Shown here in pieces: positions 7,777-15,337 of a stretch of DNA of 45,509 nt. The notes below the pieces were generated by a model. That model was not told the origin of the DNA. It saw only the letters and a list, made by a program, of their open reading frames with translations, and did not search any database. Each line of letters starts with the position of its first letter. Positions within the stretch are counted from its first letter, which is position 1. The translations under genes were made by a program, and so were the position numbers. This DNA is from a virus (lineage: Duplodnaviria; Caudoviricetes), in IMG/VR virus record IMGVR_UViG_3300025725_000001, positions 1 through 45,509 of that record. One strand, 5' to 3'.

Positions 7777-8796
7777 GTGAAGCCCTACTACGCGGACGAG
7801 TCAGTCACGCTCTGGCACGGCAAGTGCGAGGACGTGCTTCCGTCCCTGCCGGCGCTCTCGGCTCATGTCCTCCTGACAGACCCGCCGTACTTTCAGGTCA
7901 AAGACGACGAGTGGGACCACCAGTGGGACCACGCCGCCGAGTTCCTTGAGTGGCTGGGCAGCGTGCTCGACGCCGCGAAACCTGCCTTGACCGCCAACGC
8001 ATCGGCGTGGGTATTCGCAGGCCCCGCACTGTCGTCTGCTGTTGAGGCCGTCGTGAGGCAACGCTTCCGCGTCCTGAATCACGTCCGCTGGGTCAAGGAG
8101 CAGGGTTGGCACCAGAAGGCAGAGATCGCAGCGCAACGCCGCTACCTAACGCCGTGGGAATCGGTCATCTTCGCTGAGCAGTTCGATGAGTCGGCTAGAG
8201 CGAAGCAACTGGACGAAGCGAAGGGCGCGTGGGGTGCGATCGGGGCATCTCTTGCCCGCGCTCGCAGCACGGCAGGGCTTAGCAGGGAGACTGTCGCCGC
8301 GGCCTTCTCGGATGGGCACCTGAACCTTGCGGGCGCGAAGGCGCGAGTAAGTGCGTGGGAGATAGGAAACGAGCGCATAACGCGACATGCTCACGACGCA
8401 CTATCGAAACTCTGTGAGGTCCCCTCACTGGCCGACCTGGCTGCTGCCTACGATGCTGCCGACGAGGTGCGGCGCAACGAATTGTGGGCGACGCGCCGCC
8501 CATTCACCCTCAAGCGAACCGGCCCAGTGTCGGACGTGTGGAACTTCAACACCGTCGCTCCGCATGTCGGCAAGCATCCATGTGAGAAGCCGCAGGCCCT
8601 ACTACGCCACATGATCGACGTCTCATCGCGTCCCGGTGACTTGATCCTCGACCCGTTCGTGGGCAGCGGCTCGACCCTTATCGCAGCTCGGGATGCAGGA
8701 CGCAAATCTGTTGGCATCGAGCAGGACGAGGCGTACTGCGAGGTCATCGCGCGCCGCCTAAACCAAGGCGTCCTCGACTTCGGCGGCGTCGCATGA
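7777..8796 (+). CDS. Beta-class N6-adenine/N4-cytosine DNA methyltransferase with XRE-HTH insertion
   Basis: TDPPY, HPCEKP, LDPFVGSGST motifs; insert LARARSTAGLSRETVAAA...VSAWEIG. Confidence 0.9.
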   Translation: MKPYYADESVTLWHGKCEDVLPSLPALSAHVLLTDPPYFQVKDDEWDHQWDHAAEFLEWLGSVLDAAKPALTANASAWVFAGPALSSAVEAVVRQRFRVLNHVRWVKEQGWHQKAEIAAQRRYLTPWESVIFAEQFDESARAKQLDEAKGAWGAIGASLARARSTAGLSRETVAAAFSDGHLNLAGAKARVSAWEIGNERITRHAHDALSKLCEVPSLADLAAAYDAADEVRRNELWATRRPFTLKRTGPVSDVWNFNTVAPHVGKHPCEKPQALLRHMIDVSSRPGDLILDPFVGSGSTLIAARDAGRKSVGIEQDEAYCEVIARRLNQGVLDFGGVA

Positions 8797-8827
8797 ACAC
8801 CCACCCGTTCGTACCAGAAGGAGAGTC

Positions 8828-9208
8828 ATGAAAGACCCGGGCAATGACCGCCGACCAGGCCAACCTTTGACGGCTGAGGTTGAGAAGGCGCGCGTGAAGG
8901 TGAATCTCGCGCAACTCCAGCGCGACTATGAGACGCAGCGTCGCGTTGACGTGGCCGCCGAACGTGACGAAGCACGCCGCGATCGAGACAGGTTTGCCCA
9001 GACCATCGAGTTCAGGGTGAAGGAACTAGACGAGGCCCGCGCCGAGATCGAGCGGTTGACGGCTGAGGTCGATGAGCTGCGGGGGAAGTACATCAGCCTA
9101 TTGGAGACATGGGAAACCGACCGCGCCACGATCACACGGCTAGTCGATGACCGCGATAAGGGCGACGCGCAACTCCGCGCGCACATCCGCGAGGGGCGGC
9201 TGCCGTGA
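8828..9208 (+). CDS. Coiled-coil hypothetical protein
   Basis: AAGGAG RBS; ERDEAR / EARAEIERLTAEV heptads. Confidence 0.7.
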   Translation: MKDPGNDRRPGQPLTAEVEKARVKVNLAQLQRDYETQRRVDVAAERDEARRDRDRFAQTIEFRVKELDEARAEIERLTAEVDELRGKYISLLETWETDRATITRLVDDRDKGDAQLRAHIREGRLP

Positions 9209-9477
9209 CGACACTTATCGGCCGCGGGCAGGCTGAGTTTGCGATTGAACTAGACGCCTACAAGGAGCATCTTCTCAAGATTGGCTACCCGGCAGGTGAG
9301 GTGACGCTGATGATCATCGGCTTCAGCGCTGGCTGGGTAGCGCACAGAGATGTGGTGCCACCTCGCACGCGGCCGCAGGGCCTCCTGCAGATCGTACCGG
9401 GCACGTTCGCGGCCATGGTGAGCGACCTCGCGGCGGTTCGTGACAAGGCAGACGCAGCGATGGAGCCGCCGTCATGA
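9205..9477 (+). CDS. Hypothetical protein carrying an SLT-motif-like segment (QGLLQIVPGTFAA)
   Basis: GTGA-coupled; segment matches tape measure QGLMQTIPSTFAA at 9/13 residues. Confidence 0.6.
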   Translation: MTTLIGRGQAEFAIELDAYKEHLLKIGYPAGEVTLMIIGFSAGWVAHRDVVPPRTRPQGLLQIVPGTFAAMVSDLAAVRDKADAAMEPPS

Positions 9478-9510
9478 TCCACGGACTACGACGAGGACTG
9501 GCGGCCATGA

Positions 9511-9678
9511 ATGATGGCCACTGACAACAACGCCGCGCCGGGTGTTGCGTGGATCGGTGAGCACGGCCCGGAGAAGGTGCTGTTCCTCCGCGGCGGCGAG
9601 ACTGTCATCCCGAACAGCGTAGGCGGCAAGACTGTCATCCCGCATAGCGACGGGGAGGCGCTGAACGATGGCGACTGA
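9511..9678 (+). CDS. 55-aa peptide homologous to the tape measure C-terminal GE-GPE motif
   Basis: MMATDNNAAPGVAWIGEHGPEKVLFLRGGETVIPNS... matches TMP NNAAPGYAWVGERGKELVHFGGHEQVTPN at 19/30; not in ORF track. Confidence 0.6.
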   Translation: MMATDNNAAPGVAWIGEHGPEKVLFLRGGETVIPNSVGGKTVIPHSDGEALNDGD

Positions 9679-9919
9679 CCTCCCCGGCCTGTGCGTCGAC
9701 TACCCCAACCCCGACCTGTGGTTCGCCGGCGGCAGTGCCCGGTCCGGCGCCATCCGCAAGGCCATCCGCATTTGTGGCAACTGCCCGTGCCGGCTCGCCT
9801 GCCTTGAGTACGTCACCGAGACCGAGCTGTCCATCCCCGGCGCGTATGGGCACCGGTACGGCGTGGCCGGTGGGCTGACCGCGCGACAGCGGAAACTCGC
9901 ACGGAAGGCGGCGGCATGA
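9668..9919 (+). CDS. whiB: Second, divergent WhiB-family protein
   Basis: LC...PDLWF...AIRICGNCPCRLACLEY...GVAGGLTARQR; GGGGAGG RBS. Confidence 0.85.
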   Translation: MATDLPGLCVDYPNPDLWFAGGSARSGAIRKAIRICGNCPCRLACLEYVTETELSIPGAYGHRYGVAGGLTARQRKLARKAAA

Positions 9920-9974
9920 TGGGCGAAACGTGTTATGCCACAGGGGGTTTGGGTGCAGTGAATGGGTGGTCGGC

Positions 9975-10073
9975 GCGGTATGATATGAGGGCAAAGACGA
10001 ACCGCCCGACGCGTGAACGCCGGACGGTTCTGAGCATCCCGTCCGCTTCAATCGGAAAGGAGGCCGTTGACTC
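9975..10073 (+). promoter_or_regulatory. Probable promoter (TATGAT) and structured leader of the replication genes
   Basis: GGTATGAT near 9977; imperfect hairpin GAACCG...CGGTTC (9999-10030); AAGGAGG RBS. Confidence 0.5.
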
Positions 10074-10289
10074 ATGCTAGAGCCAATCGCCCCAGAGCAG
10101 AACCCCAACCATGAACTTTGCGCCCACTGTGGCTTCGAGGCGCTCGGCTACGCAACCGTCACCAATCCACCCGGGCAGACCGTGAGGGTTTGCCACCACG
10201 AGAAGCGTGACTGCTACGCCGACATCACCGTCTGGGGCGCAACGCTCGGGAAACGCTGCTCGGGTTCCCGTCATGGTTGCGGCGCCTGA
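10074..10289 (+). CDS. Small Cys/His-rich protein
   Basis: Strong RBS; CAHC...CHH...C; TGATG coupling to rep. Confidence 0.6.
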   Translation: MLEPIAPEQNPNHELCAHCGFEALGYATVTNPPGQTVRVCHHEKRDCYADITVWGATLGKRCSGSRHGCGA

Positions 10290-10807
10290 TGCCGTGGTTC
10301 ATGGTTGACGACAAACTCCACAGCCACAAGAAGCGGCTACGCGCTGGCATTGAGGCGATGGGTCTCTGGTGTGTCGCGGGCTCATGGGCTGCCGATCAGT
10401 TGGCAGACGGATTCGTGCCTGATTATGTGGCCCGAGGACTCGACCCGAAAGCTGAACGCCACGCGTGCGCTCTCGTTAATGCCGGGCTGTGGGAAGTGGC
10501 AGAGAAAGACGGCGAGCGTGGCTGGCAGTTCCATGAGTGGTTCCAACGCCAACCGTCACGTAAAGAGGTCGAAGCGAAGCGCGCCGTAGCGACAGAGAAG
10601 AAGCGTCGGCAACGTCATGGAGCATCGGGACAATTCGAGTCGTCCCCCGACCTGTCCCCTGGGGACTCCCCTAGGGACAACACGCGCCGTCCCCCAGGGA
10701 GTCCCCCCGTACCCAGCCCAGCCCAGCCCAGCCCTACCAATAAAGACCTTGTTGAGACTTCTCATCAATCGTCTAGTTACGTACCGCTCAAGGCGGTGAA
10801 CGGCTGA
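10289..10807 (+). CDS. Phage replication initiator (RepA/O-like)
   Basis: MPWFMVDD-LHSH-K...AMGLW...GSW...DGFVP...LV-AGLW...WQFHEW...QPS actinophage initiator N-terminus; internal iteron-rich low-complexity linker. Confidence 0.8.
   Translation: MPWFMVDDKLHSHKKRLRAGIEAMGLWCVAGSWAADQLADGFVPDYVARGLDPKAERHACALVNAGLWEVAEKDGERGWQFHEWFQRQPSRKEVEAKRAVATEKKRRQRHGASGQFESSPDLSPGDSPRDNTRRPPGSPPVPSPAQPSPTNKDLVETSHQSSSYVPLKAVNG
10627..10708. promoter_or_regulatory. Iteron cluster / probable replication origin inside rep
   Basis: Repeated GTCCC/GGGAC half-sites: GTCCCCTGGGGAC, TCCCCTAGGGAC, GTCCCCCAGGGAGTCCCC; followed by (CCCAG)4. Confidence 0.65.
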
Positions 10808-11169
10808 TGCCAATATCGAAATCCCAAGGCGAGGCACTGACCGCGCTCCTGCACCAACTCCGCAAGGACTGGGGCACCGCAGGAATCGCCGCCGCCATCC
10901 GTAAGGCATCCCTACTCGGCTCCGCTGCTGAGGTCGCCGTGGCTGCCTGTCGCTGCGCTGCCGACCCCGCCATGCGAACCCCGTTCCTGATCGCCGAGCC
11001 AGGGCCGCATTGGCAGGGCACGGCAGCCGGGAAGCGACAAGCACCGACCATGTGCCACACCCACCCAGCACACAAAGCCGGCGCGTGCCCCGTATGCGTC
11101 AAGGCTGCCGTACCCAAGCCCGCGAGTTGCGTCGTGCCACGTCGCACGGTCGAGATCGAGGCGTCATGA
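10807..11169 (+). CDS. Hypothetical protein downstream of rep with C-terminal CxxH...CxxC
   Basis: TGATG coupling; LRKDWGTAGIAAAI...RTP-LIAEPGPHW. Confidence 0.7.
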   Translation: MPISKSQGEALTALLHQLRKDWGTAGIAAAIRKASLLGSAAEVAVAACRCAADPAMRTPFLIAEPGPHWQGTAAGKRQAPTMCHTHPAHKAGACPVCVKAAVPKPASCVVPRRTVEIEAS

Positions 11170-11423
11170 ACCACACCCACGACCCTCGCTGCAACCAGCC
11201 CGCCTGCCACTGCCCCGGCGCGACCTTCGACGACATCGCGGTCGTCCGGCTCGTCAGTGGCACGCGGGTCGTATCCACCATGGCCGAACGCATCGCCGCC
11301 GTGGACGTGCTCACCGCGCGAGGCAGGTCAGCGTCATGGATCGCCGCGGCGTTACACGTGGCCGAACGCTCGGTGTGCCGGTATCGGGTACTCAACCGCA
11401 ACAAACGAAAGGCAGCAGCATGA
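11166..11423 (+). CDS. HTH DNA-binding protein
   Basis: ERIAAVDVLTARGRSASWIAAALHVAERSVCRYR. Confidence 0.75.
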   Translation: MNHTHDPRCNQPACHCPGATFDDIAVVRLVSGTRVVSTMAERIAAVDVLTARGRSASWIAAALHVAERSVCRYRVLNRNKRKAAA

Positions 11424-11899
11424 GGATCCTCGCCATCGACCCCGGCAACACCGAAAGCGGTTATGCCGTCATCGACGTCGCGACGTGTCGACCCTGGCGT
11501 GTTGGCAAGGTCAGCAACGATGACCTGAGGGCGACGATCACCAATGGATCACTCCTCGTCGGCGTCAATCAAGTCTCCATCGAGATGGTCGCGTCCTATG
11601 GAATGGCAGTTGGTGCCTCAGTCTTCGAGACGTGCGTGTGGATCGGCCGCTTCTTCGAGGTTGTGTATCAGGATTTCAACACCGACCTGGTCTACCGGCG
11701 TGACGTGAAGCTCCACCACTGCCACAGCGCCAAAGCCAAGGACGCCAACATCAGCCAAGCCTTGATTGACAGGTTCGCGTCCGGCGTGCCCAATCACGGC
11801 AAGGGCAGCAAGGCCGCGCCCGGTTGGTTCTACGGCTTCAAGGCTGACATCTGGCAGGCCTACGCCTTGGCTGTCCTGACCGCAGACAGGGTGGCCTGA
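11420..11899 (+). CDS. RuvC-like Holliday junction resolvase
   Basis: MRILAIDPGNTESGYAV...VSIEM...D-WQAYALAV RNase H-fold acidic residues. Confidence 0.85.
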   Translation: MRILAIDPGNTESGYAVIDVATCRPWRVGKVSNDDLRATITNGSLLVGVNQVSIEMVASYGMAVGASVFETCVWIGRFFEVVYQDFNTDLVYRRDVKLHHCHSAKAKDANISQALIDRFASGVPNHGKGSKAAPGWFYGFKADIWQAYALAVLTADRVA

Positions 11900-12063
11900 T
11901 GAGTGACTTGACCAACCTCGGCACGTGGCGCCGCGCTAGGTCGCTCGACCGTGAAGTCGACGGAGAAGAGCGCCGCCTCTGGGTCCAGATCGCCGAGGAG
12001 ATCGACGCCTACCTTGGCATCCACGACGCTGACGAACCCGGCCTGTTCGACAGGAGGGCGTGA
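11899..12063 (+). CDS. Hypothetical protein, 54 aa (MSDLTNLGTWRRARS...)
   Basis: TGATG coupling at both ends. Confidence 0.6.
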   Translation: MSDLTNLGTWRRARSLDREVDGEERRLWVQIAEEIDAYLGIHDADEPGLFDRRA

Positions 12064-12239
12064 TGGACCTTCCCGGCCTCGAAGATCTGCTGACCTCGTT
12101 CACGGTCGCCATACGAGGGCAGATCAAGGCCGAGAAGACGCTCAGGCGCGTGGCTGAGCTGGCCGACCTCGCAGACCGCGATGGGTTGGACATCAGTTCC
12201 GCAGACATCCGCATTGCAATCAATCTGGAGGAGCAATGA
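12063..12239 (+). CDS. Hypothetical protein, 58 aa (MDLPGLEDLL...)
   Basis: AGGAGG RBS, coupled. Confidence 0.6.
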   Translation: MDLPGLEDLLTSFTVAIRGQIKAEKTLRRVAELADLADRDGLDISSADIRIAINLEEQ

Positions 12240-12330
12240 CGATCATCGAGCGATTCAAGGCTTGGCTCATCGAGCGCCACGCCTTGGCTGTCCGGCGCCA
12301 CTCGGGCGCACAGAGCACGAAAGGGAGCAA

Positions 12331-13110
12331 ATGAGCGACAACATCTGCAGTTGTGGTGGCCCGCTGCCGTGTCCCCAAAGGGCTGCCATCGAGCGCGCCT
12401 CCGCCTCCGCGCACTACGGCGTCGAGGCCAACGGCGGGCCCACTGAGGGTCGCAAGGCGCGTTGGCTCGATGCACTGACCCTGCCAGTGGGGAACAGGAC
12501 GATGGAGCAGCACCGCGTGGAGACTGTGAGCCGGGCCATAGCCCTCGCTGACATCGAGGGCGCTGCACTGTGGGAGCGGCTTAAGAGAGCGCGCCTCGAA
12601 GCCGAGCGGCTGAAGGCTGAGCGCGACCAAGAGTGCGCTCACACTGCACTGTCGCTGATCTACCTCAGAGAGCGCGACGAAGCCCGCGCCGAGGTTGAGC
12701 GGTTGACGGCTGAGGTTGAGCGGGTGAAGAACCTCGTGTGTGATCGCGAGGACATCATCATCGAGCGTGACGCCACGATTGAGCGGGTGAAGGATGCGTG
12801 TGATCGGAGAAGCAGACTGCTCGACGAAACACTGAATGGGCGCAACGAAGCGCGCGCCGCAATCAGGCGCGTCAGGGCGGTGATGGATGACGTTCCGGGC
12901 CGCCATGGCTGGATCACAGTCTTCAAGGTCCGCGCCGCGCTCGACGCTCCAACGGAATCCGCCGAACTGGCAGCGTGCCAGGATCGACACCCTGCCGGCA
13001 AGTACCTGCCCACGTTCATGAACGAGGTGCCCAACCTCGACGCGAGTTGGGATGCCACTTGCGGACACTGCGTTGGGATCCAGGCGGCGTTCGATCGGCG
13101 GGCGGAATGA
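12331..13110 (+). CDS. Coiled-coil mosaic hypothetical protein
   Basis: GGGAG RBS; ERDEARAEVERLTAEV heptads shared with 8828-9208. Confidence 0.7.
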   Translation: MSDNICSCGGPLPCPQRAAIERASASAHYGVEANGGPTEGRKARWLDALTLPVGNRTMEQHRVETVSRAIALADIEGAALWERLKRARLEAERLKAERDQECAHTALSLIYLRERDEARAEVERLTAEVERVKNLVCDREDIIIERDATIERVKDACDRRSRLLDETLNGRNEARAAIRRVRAVMDDVPGRHGWITVFKVRAALDAPTESAELAACQDRHPAGKYLPTFMNEVPNLDASWDATCGHCVGIQAAFDRRAE

Positions 13111-13234
13111 GGCGCGCCAAACGGATGGCGTTCCTGCACGTGCGCCTCACGCTGCGAGTCACAATGGACCTCGCCGCGGCCATCGTCCTGGCCTGTGACG
13201 CCGCGCTGGCAGGGATGGATGGGTGGGAGGAGCA

Positions 13235-14002
13235 GTGAGCGACGACCCTGCCGCCCAGATCCGCAAGGCCCTGGCTGACATCGAGAGGCATTACGACGAC
13301 ACCCTGGACCCTGCACGACGCGCATCAGGTAGCCATGTCCTGACAAGCATCGTGGACGCGCCATTGCCAATCAGCGCAGACATCCTCGACAAGCGGGCAC
13401 ACTGCCGGGCCAGGATGACGTACTGGTGCATCGTGGTCATCAGGGATCGCGATCTGCACACCGAGCGGCTTAGTGGCTTTGACGTGCCGGCGATGGCTGA
13501 TCTACTGCGCCGGCACAGTGACTGGCTAGGCGAGCAGGATGGACTGATCGACAGGCTTGGCAGAGTCCAGCACCCAGCGAGCGAACTTGAGCAATGCGCC
13601 TCTGATCTGCGAGGAATTGCCGCGCCATATCGCCGTGACTGGCACCCGCTCGGCACATGCCCGCTTGAGGTCGACAGCGAGGATGGTCCCGTGATCTGCG
13701 GTGGTCAGGTGCGCGCCTATCCCGATAAGGACCCGTTCTGCGATACATGCGGCACTGTGGCTGTGACGTCATGGTGGGAGAAGGTCATGTTCGATGACCC
13801 CGAACTCACGCGGCTACTGACGGCGGCCGAGTTGGTGCTGTTCGTGCACAATCAGTTCGGCAAGGTCGTGACTGAGGTCTGTATCAGGCAGTGGATCAAG
13901 CGCGGCATCATCACCAGGGCAGGCAGCGACGACAAGGGCAGGACGTTGTTCGACAAGGGCGCCGTGGCATACGCGATCGAACGACGGAAGATCCTCGCAT
14001 GA
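13235..14002 (+). CDS. Putative late-gene transcriptional activator (Zn-ribbon plus C-terminal HTH)
   Basis: GTCP...CGG...CDTCG and LLTAAEL...IRQWIKRG winged helix; last early gene before the late region. Confidence 0.65.
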   Translation: MSDDPAAQIRKALADIERHYDDTLDPARRASGSHVLTSIVDAPLPISADILDKRAHCRARMTYWCIVVIRDRDLHTERLSGFDVPAMADLLRRHSDWLGEQDGLIDRLGRVQHPASELEQCASDLRGIAAPYRRDWHPLGTCPLEVDSEDGPVICGGQVRAYPDKDPFCDTCGTVAVTSWWEKVMFDDPELTRLLTAAELVLFVHNQFGKVVTEVCIRQWIKRGIITRAGSDDKGRTLFDKGAVAYAIERRKILA

Positions 14003-14048
14003 CACGCCGAGCGTTATATGTGCGAATGTCAGCGTGTCGGTGTACTGT
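14000..14048 (+). promoter_or_regulatory. Candidate late promoter
   Basis: TGTCAG-N10-TACTGT (14027-14048) and inverted GACACGC/GCGTGTC directly after the putative activator gene. Confidence 0.45.
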
Positions 14049-14215
14049 GACAAGCGGGACGTTCCTTGTCCCCTGGCACAGATCGAGCATCGCTCTCTGT
14101 GCCGCTTCCATTCTCCCCTCTCGATGCTGCTGGACTGACGCCACACACGCCACGAGCGCACACAGTCAGCTACCCAGCACGAGAGGGTCAAGTCCCGTCA
14201 AGGTGCGGAGGCGTC

Positions 14216-14554
14216 ATGTCGAACACCTACAAGACCGACCCATTCTGGGTGCAGTTGGCGAACGGATACCACCGATCCGAGCCCTTCCACATCACAGTGG
14301 GTGAGCATGATTGCGACCTACCAGAGAAGCCGATCCGAACGTTCACGCACTGCCACTGGAGTTTTATCTACATGGGCAAGCGAGTCTGTTCTTGCTGGCT
14401 CTGTCACGGCTCCTACTTCGCTGGTGAGCGCAAGCGCGAACGGCAGCGCGGCAAGTCACAGATCCGCGAGCAATCCAAAGATCTACACAACCCACGAACT
14501 GACTGCCCAGTGTGTGGGGAAAGCATCTTCGACCGTACTCATTACGGCTGCTGA
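14216..14554 (+). CDS. Cys/His-rich basic hypothetical protein (MSNTYKTDPFWV...)
   Basis: GGAGG RBS; HDCDLP...C...CSCWLC, Arg-rich helix, terminal CPVC. Confidence 0.75.
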   Translation: MSNTYKTDPFWVQLANGYHRSEPFHITVGEHDCDLPEKPIRTFTHCHWSFIYMGKRVCSCWLCHGSYFAGERKRERQRGKSQIREQSKDLHNPRTDCPVCGESIFDRTHYGC

Positions 14555-14555
14555 T

Positions 14556-14771
14556 ATGACCACGACCATGCTCGACCCACGCCTCGCACTGTGCGACAGA
14601 CGCGCCTGCCTCATGGTCACCATCACCCAGCAACGTGCCGCGTTCAAGGCGATGTGCGGATGCCCGCGATGTGGAGATGCTGAAGCGCGCGAACAGCTGG
14701 CCGGGCAGATCCACAAGAACCGCCTGGAGCTGGACGACATCACCGACGCGATCACTGATGGGTGCGCATGA
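14556..14771 (+). CDS. Hypothetical protein
   Basis: Packed between neighbours; CGCPRC. Confidence 0.55.
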   Translation: MTTTMLDPRLALCDRRACLMVTITQQRAAFKAMCGCPRCGDAEAREQLAGQIHKNRLELDDITDAITDGCA

Positions 14772-15016
14772 ACGACGATGGCCGCGAAGCGATGCGCGAT
14801 GCGATCACTCAAGTCTTCGCAGACCATGCAGACCATCCCTCAGACCGAGGCATCATTACGGGGTTTATCGTCATAGCCGAAGTTGTGGGCGCTGACGGCG
14901 ATCCGTGGCTCAAGCGCATCAGCGACGACGGCCCAATGTGGCGCACGGTCGGGATGCTCACCTCAGTCAACGACGACTTACGGCAAGCGCTGCGCAACAG
15001 CGACCCCGACGACTAG
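14768..15016 (+). CDS. Hypothetical protein
   Basis: ATGA coupled; globular alpha/beta pattern. Confidence 0.65.
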   Translation: MNDDGREAMRDAITQVFADHADHPSDRGIITGFIVIAEVVGADGDPWLKRISDDGPMWRTVGMLTSVNDDLRQALRNSDPDD

Positions 15017-15024
15017 GAGAACTC

Positions 15025-15168
15025 ATGCTCACCCTGATCTTGCTCATCATCGCTGCAGTGTGCTTCGCCCTTGCCACGTTCAATGTGGCTACCCGAGTCA
15101 ACCTCGTGGCGCTCGGGTTGTTCGCCTCTGTGCTCATCTTCCTCATCCCTTCATTGACGAAACGCTAG
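15025..15168 (+). CDS. Small two-TM membrane protein
   Basis: AGGAG RBS; MLTLILLIIAAVCFALATF...VNLVALGLFASVLIFLIP. Confidence 0.75.
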   Translation: MLTLILLIIAAVCFALATFNVATRVNLVALGLFASVLIFLIPSLTKR

Positions 15169-15177
15169 GAGGCTGAC

Positions 15178-15285
15178 ATGGCAGGCAAGAAGCCGAACAC
15201 AGGTACACCCAAGGACAAGCGTCTCGCAGGACGCGGCATGAAGCCCGGACCCAAGCCGATGACGCCCAAGAAGGCGTGCAAGTAA
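15178..15285 (+). CDS. 35-aa basic peptide (MAGKKPNTGTPKDKRL...)
   Basis: AGGAGG RBS; Lys/Pro-rich. Confidence 0.6.
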   Translation: MAGKKPNTGTPKDKRLAGRGMKPGPKPMTPKKACK

Positions 15286-15337
15286 CTCACCCGTTCGGTC
15301 CATGTAATTCCCGACCGAACAGTGCCATGATGTGAAC

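Noticed and set aside
9376-9645. Diversity-generating retroelement template/variable repeat pair with the TMP
   Set aside because: No reverse transcriptase in the genome, and the differences are not adenine-specific
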